NCBI GenBank assembly: GCA_035193785.1 | Contig: CP136572.1 | Location: 704,001-768,000, forward strand | DNA: 64,000 bases | Direction of reading: 5' to 3' | From: Planktothrix sp. GU0601_MAG3 | GTDB lineage: Bacteria > Cyanobacteriota > Cyanobacteriia > Cyanobacteriales > Microcoleaceae | Shown here: positions 47,638 through 59,087 of the stretch, piece by piece | How the letters are laid out: every line of letters begins with the position of its first letter | How positions within the stretch are numbered: position 1 is the stretch's first letter | Notes under the pieces: model-generated | What the model saw: only the letters and a program-made list of their open reading frames with translations | What the model was told of the DNA's origin: nothing | The model's database searches: none | Made by a program: the position numbers and the translations under genes

Positions 47638-49830
47638 TTATATTGAATTAATCACAAATTGACTAATAATTTCTGGCTGACGATTAATAATATTAGCAGG
47701 AATTGATTGAATATCTGTTTCCGTATAGGGTTCAATTCCATAGACATTAACTTGTAGTTTTTGAGTTTGTGGATCAACAATAAATTCAGTCCAACCAAAG
47801 TTATGTACCGCAAAATAAGAGCCTTTAATTAACTCAGTATTGGGTTGAGTTTCATCTAAACCAATCGGGTCATATCCGAATTGATTCAGTTGATTATTCA
47901 GAATATTTTGGACTAATTGATCTTTACTTGAAGCCGTATCTAACCCGGCATAAAAATCCTTAGTATCTTGGGTAATGGTATCAATAGAACTAAAATTCAT
48001 AATTTCTGACCCCCAAGTTCCAGGGATAAAGCTTTCACCCAAATCTAACTGATAACCAATCGGCCCAACCGTAATTTCAATGGCATCGGTTTGAATTTGG
48101 GGCTGATCAAAATTCAATTGATAGCTTAACTCATTGACAATTGTTCCCCCGGCACCTCCCGAAACAAAAACAACATTTTCGATATTATTTTGATCAATAA
48201 ATTGTAATAAATCCCGACGTTCGGCAGCATATCCTTCCCAACGGTTAGCAGAATCATATAATCCTAAATTCTGAATGGGAACCGGAGAAAAAACAAATTT
48301 CCAACTGACTCCAGTATTTTGGGCGTCTAATAAATCAATCTTTAAATCCTCTAATTGGGCTTTTCCTAATAACGTCCGGTTAGGGTCAAAAGCAGATGCT
48401 AAAAATTGATTAATTTGACTGTCTAAAGCTGGGTCAGGAACTTGAGGTAAAGGTGCATCTCTAAAAGAACGTGCATCTAAGACAAATAACGCCCCATCAC
48501 TGCCAAAAGGTTGATATCTATAAAGTTTATCTTGATTAGTAGTGCGGGGGTCTCCGGTTTCTCCATAGACTTGATTTCCTACTGGATTATAGTCTTTCCA
48601 AGCTTGCAAACCGATGTTAAATTGATCAGTATTATTAATAAATTGTCCGTCAGTTCCAAAAAATAATTGTTGAGCAGATAAAGCGGGAATTTCTCCTCCA
48701 GCAAAACCCGTAATTAAATTTTGATCATTCCACGTTCCATAAAGTGCGGTTGATGCTTGTAAATTTGCCCAAGGATTTAGACCTAAACGGGGGGAAACAA
48801 TCTCATTATATTTAGTGCTAAAATCTAGGGGAGTAACCGCTTGTTGAACTTCCGGTAAATCGGGGGAAATCGTATCCGCAGAAATGGTATTTCCCAGCCC
48901 TACAAAAAAGTCTAAATTGCGTTCAGGAACATTATTAACTGACATATAGGGCATTAATTCCCCCTGTCCGTCGGCGGTGGCTCCAAATCTTAATCCCTGT
49001 TGGGTTCCAATAGCTGCTGGAGTGCGAAAACTGCCCACCGATGATGTGCCTTCTGCATTAGTAAACCGATAAAAATATTGGGTATCGGGGGTTAAATTAT
49101 TGGCTGCTAATTTAACGGGTTCGGTAATATCGGTAACGGTGGTATAAAGAATACCTAAAGGATTAATAAAACTCAGATTATTGGCATATTCCAGACTAAC
49201 AGTTCCCGCCGCCGAACTGCGGGTTAAAAATACCGTGGAATTGGGGGTTGTATCCCCGGTGGCGACTCGATTAGGTAAACTAGAACCTTGGGGTTGAATA
49301 AAGGGGGTAAATTGACGATTTTGGGCGGCTCCAAAGTTAATATAATGTTCAATTCCGGTGAGTTCATCCCGGGCAACGGCAAAGGCAACATCGGGATTTT
49401 GGGCTAAATAATATTTAGAATTATAAAGGGGGGTGGGACTGCGATCTTCAAACTGTCCAAAGTTAACAAAATGTTCAATTCCCGTAATATTTCCCTGGGC
49501 AACAATGGCAGCAAGAGATGGATTTTCTGTTAAATAATAGGTACTATCAAATAAAATACTGGGGCTGCGATTTTCCAACTGTCCCAGATTAATATAATGT
49601 TCAAATCCACTGGCAAAAGCTCCACTTTTAACCCATTGGGCAACGTCGGGATTTGTAGCTAAATAATAGGATTCATCGTAGAGGGGACTGGGCTGGCGAA
49701 CTTGAAATTGACCAGACTCGATAAAGTGTTGAAATCCATTGGCAATAATTCCACTAGCAACGGCCGCCGCCACATCGGGATTTTGTGCTAAATAAAAGGA
49801 TTCATTAAATAAGCCATTTGCCTGTAACAT
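47638..49830 (-). CDS. PhoD-like (alkaline phosphatase D) protein with N-terminal YLAQNPDVA repeats and a degenerate active site
   Basis: Four FNESFYLAQNPDVA-type repeats, VATGDTTPNS, LTPDTQYFYRF, LDARSFRD, RTLLGKAQL, RWEGYAAER. Confidence 0.8.
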   Translation of the reverse strand: MLQANGLFNESFYLAQNPDVAAAVASGIIANGFQHFIESGQFQVRQPSPLYDESYYLATNPDVAQWVKSGAFASGFEHYINLGQLENRSPSILFDSTYYLTENPSLAAIVAQGNITGIEHFVNFGQFEDRSPTPLYNSKYYLAQNPDVAFAVARDELTGIEHYINFGAAQNRQFTPFIQPQGSSLPNRVATGDTTPNSTVFLTRSSAAGTVSLEYANNLSFINPLGILYTTVTDITEPVKLAANNLTPDTQYFYRFTNAEGTSSVGSFRTPAAIGTQQGLRFGATADGQGELMPYMSVNNVPERNLDFFVGLGNTISADTISPDLPEVQQAVTPLDFSTKYNEIVSPRLGLNPWANLQASTALYGTWNDQNLITGFAGGEIPALSAQQLFFGTDGQFINNTDQFNIGLQAWKDYNPVGNQVYGETGDPRTTNQDKLYRYQPFGSDGALFVLDARSFRDAPLPQVPDPALDSQINQFLASAFDPNRTLLGKAQLEDLKIDLLDAQNTGVSWKFVFSPVPIQNLGLYDSANRWEGYAAERRDLLQFIDQNNIENVVFVSGGAGGTIVNELSYQLNFDQPQIQTDAIEITVGPIGYQLDLGESFIPGTWGSEIMNFSSIDTITQDTKDFYAGLDTASSKDQLVQNILNNQLNQFGYDPIGLDETQPNTELIKGSYFAVHNFGWTEFIVDPQTQKLQVNVYGIEPYTETDIQSIPANIINRQPEIISQFVINSI

Positions 49831-49922
49831 AAATACAATTTAATAGGGGATTAATCTAGGATTTAACCCAAATTCTATTCTGGGCTGGCTTTAGATGTCA
49901 AACCCCTACAATTTCCCAGAAA

Positions 49923-50850
49923 TTAATTAAATAGACTTAAGTTTAAAGTTCTCACCATTTTTTCAATAAAAAATAAACCCCCAATAGAATTTCCTTGGGG
50001 ATCAAGGGGCGGACTATAACAAGCGATCGCCCCCTGTCGCGGAATAATTGATAATACCGCCCCACTCACCCCCGATTTAGTCGGGACTCCCACCTTCACC
50101 GCAAACTGTCCCGAGGTTTCGTATAACCCACAGGTGAGCATTAAGGTTTTGACGGTGCGACTGGCAATTTCCCATGGGAGGTTAGTGGGTTGTAGCAATA
50201 ACAAACCCAATTTTGCTAAGTCTGAAATGGTGGCCGATAAACAACAGATTTGGTTATAGGTATCCAGGGTGATCTCGGGATGCTCCAGATAGCCCGCAGC
50301 CGCCAGGGTGGAAACCAGGGCTTGGTTTTTGGCGTTGGGGGCTGAAACGCACGGACTCCAGAATATCCGGGTCTAAGACTAACTGACAATCGGCCAATTG
50401 ATTTAACCAGGAACAGAGATACTGACGGCGAGTATCTGCATCCTTTCCGGGGAGTAGTCCAGCTAGGGCGATCGCCCCACTATTAATCATGGGATTGCGG
50501 GGCCATCCGCCATCGGACTCTAGCTGTTTGAGGGAATTAAACGGTTGATCCGAAGGTTGCACCCCCACCCGTTGGAAGACCCGATCCTCCCCCAATTCCA
50601 GCAGTCGATTCAATAATAAAAAGCACTTGATCACACTCATCACCGGAAATCGGAGGGTTTCATTCCCCGCCTGATAGGATTGGCCCTGGATCGTCAGGAT
50701 TTTAACCCCGAATTCCTGGGGGTTCACCTGGGCTAATGGGGGAACATAGCTGGGTAATTGGCCTAATTGACTCCGTTGTTGTCCTTCCTTCACCCAGGTA
50801 TTGAGTTCAGCCTGGGTTAACCCATCGAATGGCTTCGGCCCTATATTCAC
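49923..50850 (-). CDS. Glutaminase; extra base at ~50345
   Basis: MSVIK (SxxK), PSDQPFNS, PRNPMINSGAI, CGLYETSG, PTKSGVSG, SPPLDPQGNS. Confidence 0.92.
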
Positions 50851-50941
50851 TGAGAATCCCTCCCCATATCTTTTTTTCAGTTTAGCTTTCACTGCCCAAC
50901 TCAGCCCAAAGCCCCCTGAAAAAAAATTTTCCCAGAAAGGC

Positions 50942-50970
50942 TTGACAAATTAGAAAAAAGCAGTAATAAT
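50942..50970 (+). promoter_or_regulatory. Sigma70-type promoter of tRNA-Asp
   Basis: TTGACA-N17-AATAAT about 30 nt upstream of the tRNA. Confidence 0.65.
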
Positions 50971-51002
50971 AAAAATTGTCGCAAAAAAAAGAACGACAGC
51001 AA

Positions 51003-51076
51003 GGGACTGTAGTTCAATTGGTTAGAGCACCGCCCTGTCACGGCGGAAGTTGCGGGTTCGAGCCCCGTCAGTCCCG
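51003..51076 (+). tRNA. tRNA-Asp(GTC)
   Basis: GGGACTG/CAGTCCC acceptor stem, anticodon arm CCGCC-CTGTCAC-GGCGG, GGTTCGAG T-loop. Confidence 0.98.
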
Positions 51077-51116
51077 TTCTAAAGGTTAAAAATAAAAATA
51101 ATAGTCACCCGTTCCC

Positions 51117-52227
51117 AAGAAACTGGGCTTCTAATTAAGTTAATTACAATAAATCAAGATATCTTGAGAAACCCGGTTTCTGACAATTGTTGATAGTGGG
51201 GGGCGGGTTTATTTAGATTTCTGCTGATTAACCAAGATTAACGCGAACCTGCCCCTACGGTTTGGGTAATATTAAGATAATTAGGGTGGTTGTCATGGGT
51301 TGATTTAGAAACAAGCGATCGCACTTTCTCATATTATCAAATCCCCCAATTGTAGGGGCGGGTTCGAGACAATCTCTGTTAATTAGCAAAAATCTGGCTA
51401 AACCCGCCCCAAATGCGATCGCAATACCCAAAGAAACCCGGTTTCTAATTAAATTAATTACTACAAATCAAGATATCTTGAGAAACCCGGTTTCTGAAGG
51501 CGATCGCAAATACCCAAAGAAACAGACTTGATAACTTGTGATAGGGGGCGGGTTGATTCAGATTTATGCTGATTAATAAAGATTAACGCGAACCCGCCCC
51601 TACAGTTTAGGTAATATTTAAGATAATTAGGGTGGTTGTCATGGGTTGATTTAGAAACAAGCGATCGCACTTTCCCCTATTATTAAATCCCCCAATTGTA
51701 GGGGCGGGTTCGCGTTCATCTCTGTTAATTAGCAAAAATCTGGCTAAACCCGCCCCGAATGCTAAACCCGCCCCAAATGCGATCGCAATACCCAAAGAAA
51801 CCCGGTTTCTAATTAAATTAATTACTACAAATCAAGATATCTTGAGAAACCCGGTTTCTGAAGGCGATCGCAAATACCCAAAGAAACAGACTTGATAACT
51901 TGTGATAGGGGGCGGGTTGATTCAGATTTATGCTGATTAATAAAGATTAACGCGAACCCGCCCCTACAGTTTAGGTAATATTTAAGATAATTAGGGTGAT
52001 TGTCATGGATTTATTTAGAAACAAGCGATCGCACTTTCCCCTATTATTAAATCCCCCAATTGTAGGGGCGGGTTCGAGACCATCTCTGTTAATTAGCAAA
52101 AATCTGGCTAAACCCGCCCCGAATGCGATCGCAAATACCCAAAGAAACCGGGTTTCTAATTAAGTTAATTGCCACAAATCAAGATATCTTGAGAAACCTG
52201 GTTTCTGCTACTCGAACCCGCCCCTAC
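51117..52227. repeat. Composite (BIME-like) array: about three 315-365 bp units built from GTAGGGGCGGGTT REP pairs, AGAAACCCGGTTTCT palindromes and HIP1
   Basis: Unit starts near 51117, 51431, 51796 and 52141 (partial); units 2 and 3 nearly identical. Confidence 0.92.
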
Positions 52228-54928
52228 CGTGCTCGCCACAATTTAATCCTGTTGTCATAACTCCCACTGGCTAACGTCCGACCATCGGGACTGAACGCTA
52301 CAGACACGACAATATGTAAATGTCCGGTGAGAGTGGCAATTTGTCGTTGACTCGGCACATCCCACAATTTGATCGTCCTCTTGCTACTCCCACTGGCTAA
52401 TGTCCGACCATCGGGACTGAAGGCTACAGAAAAGACAACATCTGAATGTCCGGTGATAGTGGCAATTTCCCGTTGACTCGGCACATCCCACAATTTAATC
52501 GTCTTGTCCTTACTCCCACTGGCTAACGTCCGACCATCGGGACTTATGGCTACAGAGCAGACATGATCTGAATGTCCGGTGAGAGTAGCAATTTCCCGTT
52601 GACTCGGCACATCCCACAATTTAATCGTGTCGTCAAAACTCCCACTAGCTAACGTCCGACCATCGGGACAGAAACGCTACAGACCAGACATGATCTGAAT
52701 GTCCGGTGAGAGTGGCAATTTGTTGTTGACTCGAAACATCCCACAATTTAATCGTCTTGTCCCAATTCCCACTGGCTAACGTCCGACCATCGGCACTGAA
52801 AGCTACAGACAAGACACCATTTGAATGTCCGGTGAGAATGGCAATTTCCCGTTGACTCGGCACATCCCACAATTTGATTGTGTCCAAACTCCCACTGGCT
52901 AACGTCCGACCATCGGCACTGAAAGCTACAGACAAGACACCATTTGAATGTCCGGTGAGAATGGCAATTTCCCGTTGACTCGGCACATCCCACAATTTAA
53001 TCGTGTTGTCCAAACCCACACTGGCTAACGTCCGATTATCAAGGCTGAAGGCTACAGACATGACACGATCTGAATGTCCGGTGAGCGTGGTACTCAGAGC
53101 AGCGTTTTGCCAAGAAATATAAGGTGATGGACTAACAGATCGGGGTTGCCACAATTTGATCGTATTGTCTTCACCCCCACTGGCCAACATCCGGCCATTA
53201 GGACTGAAGGCTACAGAGCAGACCACCTGTGAATGTCCGGTGAGAGTGGCAATTTCCCGTTGACTCGGAACATCCCACAATTTAATCGTCTCGTCCCTAC
53301 TCCCACTGGCTAACGTCCGACCATCAAGGCTGAAGACTACAGACCAGACAGAATATGAATGTCCGATGAGAGTGGCAATTTCCCGTTGACTAGCAACATC
53401 CCACAATTTAATCGTCTTATCCCAACTCCCACTGGCTAACGTCCGACCATCGGGACTGAACGCTACAGACATGACATCATGTGAATGTCCGGTGAGAGTA
53501 GCAATTTCCCGTTGACTCGCAACATCCCACAATTTAATCGTCTTGTCCTTACTTCCACTGGCTAACATTCGACCATCAGGACTGAACGCTACAGATATGA
53601 CACAATCTGAATCTCCAGTGAGAGTAGCAATTTCCCGTTGACTCGGAACACCCCACAATTTGATCGTCTTGTCAAAACTCCCACTGGCTAACATCCGACC
53701 ATCAGGACTGAACGCTACAGAGCAGACCACCTGTGAATGTCCGGTGAGCGTGGCAATTTCCCGTTGACTCGCAACATCCCACAATTTGATTGTGTCCAAA
53801 CTCCCACTGGCTAACATCTGACCATCGGGACTGAAGGCTACAGAGATGACACGATCTGAATGTCCGGTGAGCGTGGTAATTGGTCGTTGACTCGCAACAT
53901 CCCACAATTTGATCGTCTGGTCACAACTCCCACTGGCTAACATCTGACCATCGGGACTGAAGGCTACAGACCTGACAATATGTGAATGTCCGGTGAGCGT
54001 GGTAATCAAAGCAGTGTTTTGCCAGGAAATATGCGGTGAGAAACTTTGTAAATCCTGTAAGACTTGATCAGCAGAAGAATAACGATCTCCAATATCTTTT
54101 TTTAATAGCTGATCAAGAACTTCATTTAATTCTGGACTAAGATCTTGCTTGACATATTTTTGCCAATTTTTCGTCCAACTGTAACCGTCATCTAACCATA
54201 ATTCCAGAGGTGAAATTTTAGTTAATAGATAAAAACAAATCACCCCTAAACTATATAAATCACTAGCGGGGTAAGCTTCTCCCCCTTGCATTTGTTCCCG
54301 ACTGGCATATCCATCAGAACCAACACGGGTTCCGATTTGTGTATATACCACCGTTCCTGATAAATCTTTCGCTACCCCAAAATCAATTAACACATATTCC
54401 CCATTTCCACGACGCATAATATTATCGGGTTTGAGGTCACGGTGAATCACCTTTTGCTGGTGAATAAATTCGAGAACAGGTAACAAACTGATTAATAATT
54501 CCTTAACTTGCGGTTCCGTCCAAACTCCTTGTTTTTGTGAAATTTGCTCTAAAGTTTCCCCTTCAATATATTGCTGAATTAAATAGAGTTGATTGTTTTC
54601 TGAAAAATAAGCCCATAACGCCGGAATTTGGGGATGATGTCCCAGTTGTTGTAGTTGTTTCGCTTCTCGTTCAAATAATTCTAAGGCTTTTTGTAGTCCT
54701 GCTGTCCCTTGCATCATCGGAAACAAACTGTTTAACTACACATTTCTCATTCAGTTTATCCCGATCTTCGGCTAAATAAGTCCGACCAAACCCCCCTTGA
54801 CCTAACAGTTTGATCATGCGAAACCGTCCCCGCAGGAAGTCGGGTATGGGGACACCGCAGCTTTGACAATAAACCGTATTATCGGGGTTGTTTGGGTTGG
54901 GACATTGGGGGTTGATGCAACATTTCAT
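52224..54928 (-). CDS. Ser/Thr protein kinase with 14 WD40 repeats; extra bases at ~54721 and ~52672
   Basis: N-terminal CINPQC...CQSCG, LGQGGFG, CVVK, HRDLKPDN, DFG; TLTGHS...LASGS.D.TIKLWD repeats. Confidence 0.95.
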
Positions 54929-54983
54929 CGTTCTCAAGGGTTAGAATATTCTCTCTATTTTGTCTCAATTTTGGGAAACTGGA

Positions 54984-55215
54984 GTATTAACGCGGATATC
55001 GCTGTATTAGGGTTCTAACCATGAGGGAGTCCTAAAGGACTCACTACGGTATTAACGGGGATATCGTTGTATTAGGGATCGAACCATGAGGGAGTCCTGA
55101 AGGACTCACTACGGTATTAACGGGGATATCGTTGTATTAGGGATCGAACCATGAGGGAGTCCTGAAGGACTCACTACGGTATTAACGGGGATATCGCTGC
55201 ATTAAGGCTCGTACC
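54984..55215. repeat. Three 65-bp tandem units, each a REP hairpin plus a copy of the lipA 3' end
   Basis: Units at 54984, 55049, 55114; template in lipA at 55179. Confidence 0.92.
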
Positions 55216-56052
55216 TGTTCGGCGTGGTAGGAACTGCGGGTTAAGGGAGAAGCCACCACCTGTAAGAAACCGATAGACTCACCAAAATCCCGCCAAGTAT
55301 CAAATTGTTCAGGGGGGATAAATCCCGCAACGGCTAAATGTTTGGGTGTGGGTTGGAGATATTGACCCAAGGTTAAAATATCACAATCAACGGCCCGTAA
55401 GTCCTCCATGGCCTCTCGAACTTCGGCATCGGTTTCACCCAGTCCCACCATTAACCCAGATTTAGTATAAACCCCAGGTGTTAGTTGGCGCGATCGCTTT
55501 AATAACTCCAAACTGCGCTGATAGTCACCTTGGGGACGAACCCGACGATACAGCCGTTTGATGGTTTCGGTATTGTGGTTGAGAAACTTCCGGTTTCGCT
55601 TGCAAAATTATTTCCAAGGCGTCCCAATTTCCACACAAATCGGGAATTAAGACCTCAATAGTCGTTTGGGGAGAGAGCGATCGCACCCCGTCAATACACC
55701 GAACAAACTGGGAGGCGCCGCCATCGGGTAGGTCATCCCGGTTGACAGAAGTGATCACAACATGATTCAAGTTCATGCGTCGTACCGCTTCCGCCAGTCT
55801 TTCCGGTTCAGTAATATCTAGGGGTTGGGGTTTTTTCTCAAAATCAATATCACAGTAGGGACAAGCCCGGGTACAGGCTGGCCCCATAATTAGAAATGTG
55901 GCGGTTCCCGCATTGAAGCATTCCCCAATATTGGGACAGGAGGCTTCCTCACAGACGGTGTTTAAGCCTAAATCCCGCAAAATCCCTTTAACGTTGCCAA
56001 CACGCTCCCATTGAGGGGCTTTGACTCGTAACCAGTCCGGCTTGACTACCAC
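55182..56052 (-). CDS. lipA: Lipoyl synthase; extra base at ~55584
   Basis: [34 protein letters not shown] (corrected), RSSYHA. Confidence 0.96.
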
Positions 56053-56144
56053 GGGCTTACCTTTTCCTAATAAATTCACATCTTGATAGATCCTAACTGA
56101 TCTTTTATGTGTTATACTGACTAACGGTGTCTTAATTAAGGCAT

Positions 56145-56221
<77 letters not shown>

Positions 56222-56647
56222 TTATTTGCGCGAATGGTCTAACCCCGCCTTGACCCAGTTAATACAATCCTGTTCGGAAGTAAAGAGTTTAGGGGCCGCA
56301 ACATTATTTAGACTGTAGGATTTGTAGTGATCATAATAGTATTTTCCGCTCTCTTTATAAATTAAAATCAAATCATTTTGATAGGTATATCGACATTGAA
56401 AATAATCCCCATTAGGAACAATATCAGAATGTTTATCTAAATGATCCAGGGCGATTTCAATAATTTTTTCCAGTTGACTACAATAAAGATCCGCCGGATT
56501 CTCTAATTTGTGGAATTTTCCTTTATGCCCCAATTGGGATAATAAAATATAGGAATAAATCTTTTTATCACTCACAGTGACTCGAACAAAGGGAATAATT
56601 AAATGCCCCTGGGAAGAAATAGATTTTTCGTATAAAAAGCGATCCAT
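56222..56647 (-). CDS. Cyanobacterial hypothetical protein
   Basis: 141-aa ORF MDRFLYEKSIS...HLIIPF...YDHY...LNNVAAPKLF. Confidence 0.75.
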   Translation of the reverse strand: MDRFLYEKSISSQGHLIIPFVRVTVSDKKIYSYILLSQLGHKGKFHKLENPADLYCSQLEKIIEIALDHLDKHSDIVPNGDYFQCRYTYQNDLILIYKESGKYYYDHYKSYSLNNVAAPKLFTSEQDCINWVKAGLDHSRK

Positions 56648-56662
56648 ATTGATAATAAAAAG

Positions 56663-57037
56663 TTAGGAACTAACGATCATCTTAGACAGAAATTGAGTAA
56701 TTAACCGGGATCGGAAACTGGACTGATGATACAGAGAAGACTGATATAAAACCTTTTCTTGATGGGTCATCAGGGTACAGTCTGAACGGGGATACGCGAC
56801 ACAGGTTACAGTATACCCCATGGCAATTTCCCCAGGACGGAGAAATTTTTGTTCACTTTGATCCACTTGACCCTGGAGGAGTTTAGCCACACAAGCGGAA
56901 CAATCTCCCTGTTTACATCCTGATGGTAGACGAATCCCATTGTCTTCTGCAATATCGAGAATATATTGGTCATCAGGAACTGTAATTGTACAATCTAAAC
57001 CTTCAGCTTCGTTAATCAGGCGGACTTGATAAACCAT
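56663..57037 (-). CDS. Plant-type 2Fe-2S ferredoxin (true stop possibly at 56701 if GTTTC near 56716 is an error)
   Basis: YILDIAE...LPSGCKQGDCSAC...DQSEQKFL...TCVAYPRSDC. Confidence 0.92.
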   Translation of the reverse strand: MVYQVRLINEAEGLDCTITVPDDQYILDIAEDNGIRLPSGCKQGDCSACVAKLLQGQVDQSEQKFLRPGEIAMGYTVTCVAYPRSDCTLMTHQEKVLYQSSLYHQSSFRSRLITQFLSKMIVSS

Positions 57038-57217
57038 GATCATAAAAATTTGACTCAATTATATTTCAGATTTAGCTTGGTTTTAAATTATAAAAGCAGG
57101 AGGAGACGATTAAAACAACGAGTTCCCAAAACCAAACAACCCCAAGGTTAATCATAATGATGATCCCAGTATATTCTTGATATTTTTTTGAATAAAACCT
57201 AATTTAAACATTTTTTT

Positions 57218-59060
57218 ATGCGCCCTTTAAGTCTTCGACCGTCAATTAACTATTTACCCAGAGAACAGTTTAAACTAAATCTGAAATTATTGATCCTGCT
57301 ATGGCAATTTTTTCGCCTTCAGCATATTCAAGTCTACTCCCAATTATTTGCTAGTTTAATTCTAGCAGTACAAATTAATTGTGTCTTAACTGCGGTGAGT
57401 CGTCCTCTGTTGGCTCAAATTCCAGAGTCCTTACCCTCCGAGCGTTTCTATTGTCCCAATTCCTCCTCAACCTGGACTCCCAGAACCCCAACTTCCTGAA
57501 ACTTTACCCCCAACAGAACCCTTGTTTTCCCCATCGGTTCCCACGCCCACAACTCCAGACAATATTCCAGATAGTCCCAATACTATTAATATAGAACGCT
57601 TTAATTTTGACGGGAATACGGTTTTTTCTGATCAAAAATTAGCGGAAATCACCAAGGATTTTGTCGGTCGCCCGATTACTTTTACGGAATTATTGCAAGC
57701 CCGCTCGGCGGTAATAGATTTATATATTAAGCAGGGTTATATTACCTCCGGTGCATTTATTCCGGCTCAAACCTTAACCAATGGAATTGTTACTATTGCA
57801 ATTTTAGAAGGGAAAGTCACAGAGATTAATATTAAAGGAAAAGGACGTTTAAACCCCAACTATATTAAAAGTCGGTTAGAATTAGTAACTCAGAAACCCT
57901 TTAATCAAAACCATCTGTTACAGGCTTTACAATTGCTACAACTTGATCCGGTGGTGAAAACGATTTCGGCGGAATTGGCGGCGGGAATTCAACCCGGGGA
58001 AAGTATTCTAAATGTTGAATTTCAAACGGCAAAAACCTTTGATCTGAGTTTATTTACCAATAATAATCGGTCTCCGGCGGTGGGATCTTGGCAACGGGGA
58101 ATTGAAGTAGAAGAAGGGAATTTATTAGGACAGGGCGATCGCTTGGCATTGTCTTATAGTAATACTCAAGGAAGTAGTATTGGGGATATTTTATATACCT
58201 TTCCCCTGACATCTCGTAATGCTACATTAGGATTTTATTTTAACTCGACCAATAGCCAAATTATTGAACCCCCTTTTGACGATTTAGATATTAGGGCGAA
58301 TAGTCGGACGTATGAATTGCGATTTCGCCAACCAATTATCCGCACCCCAACGCAGGAATTAGCATTAGGATTAACCCTTGCCCGTCAGGAAAGTGATACA
58401 AGTATTTTAGGAGTGGGTTTTCCCCTATCTCGGGGGGCTGAGGAGGATGGAAAAACCCGACTTTCAATTGTGCGGTTTTTTCAAGAATATACGAACCAGG
58501 GGCCAAAACAGGTCTTGGCGGCGCGATCGCAACTCAGTTTTGGGGTAGGATTATTAGATGCCACCCTCAGTTCTGATCAACCCGATAGTAAATATTTTGC
58601 TTGGCGCGGTCAAGCCCAATGGGTGCGTTTATTAGCGCCTGACACGATTTTTTTACTCCGTTCTGATATTCAACTCACCAACCAAGAATTACTAGCTTTA
58701 GAACAGATGGGACTGGGGGGTTTAGAGAGTGTGCGAGGGTATCGTCAAGATGTTTTGTTACGCGATAATGTGATATTTGCCTCCGCAGAATTGCGTTATC
58801 CAATTTTGAGAACTAAAAATGGTGCAGGTCTCCTCCAACTTACACCTTTTATAGATTTTGGTCAGGCTTGGAATGCGCCCGGAGAATTGGCATTACCCGA
58901 TCGCACATTATTATCAATTGGGTTAGGATTAAAGTGGCAATATGGCGATCGAATAACCGCACAGATTGACTGGGGTATTCCCTTAATTAAATTAGAGTCT
59001 AGTGATCGCAGTTTACAGGAACAAGGGATTTATTTCCTATTCAATTGGAAACCCTTCTAA
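57218..59060 (+). CDS. ShlB/FhaC/HecB family (TpsB) outer-membrane transporter; extra T at ~57445
   Basis: POTRA motifs GNTVFSDQKL and YIKQGYITSGA, barrel motif SVRGYRQD, C-terminal F. Confidence 0.9.
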
Positions 59061-59064
59061 ACCC

Positions 59065-59087
59065 GTAGTAAGCCCTTCAGGGCTTTC
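59065..59087 (+). repeat. GTAG-type REP-like hairpin
   Basis: GTAGTAAGCCCTTCAGGGCTTTC, same unit as 6181-6241. Confidence 0.8.

Noticed and set aside
51461..51795. Short ORFs inside the composite repeat, and the many short antisense ORFs in the track
   Set aside because: They overlap repeats or well-supported genes and have no recognisable motifs
52224..54045. Diversity-generating retroelement acting on the WD40 repeats
   Set aside because: No reverse transcriptase or template repeat in the window, and variation is not obviously adenine-specific
54984..55215. Possible CRISPR array (65-bp period with hairpin)
   Set aside because: The would-be spacers are all copies of the lipA 3' end
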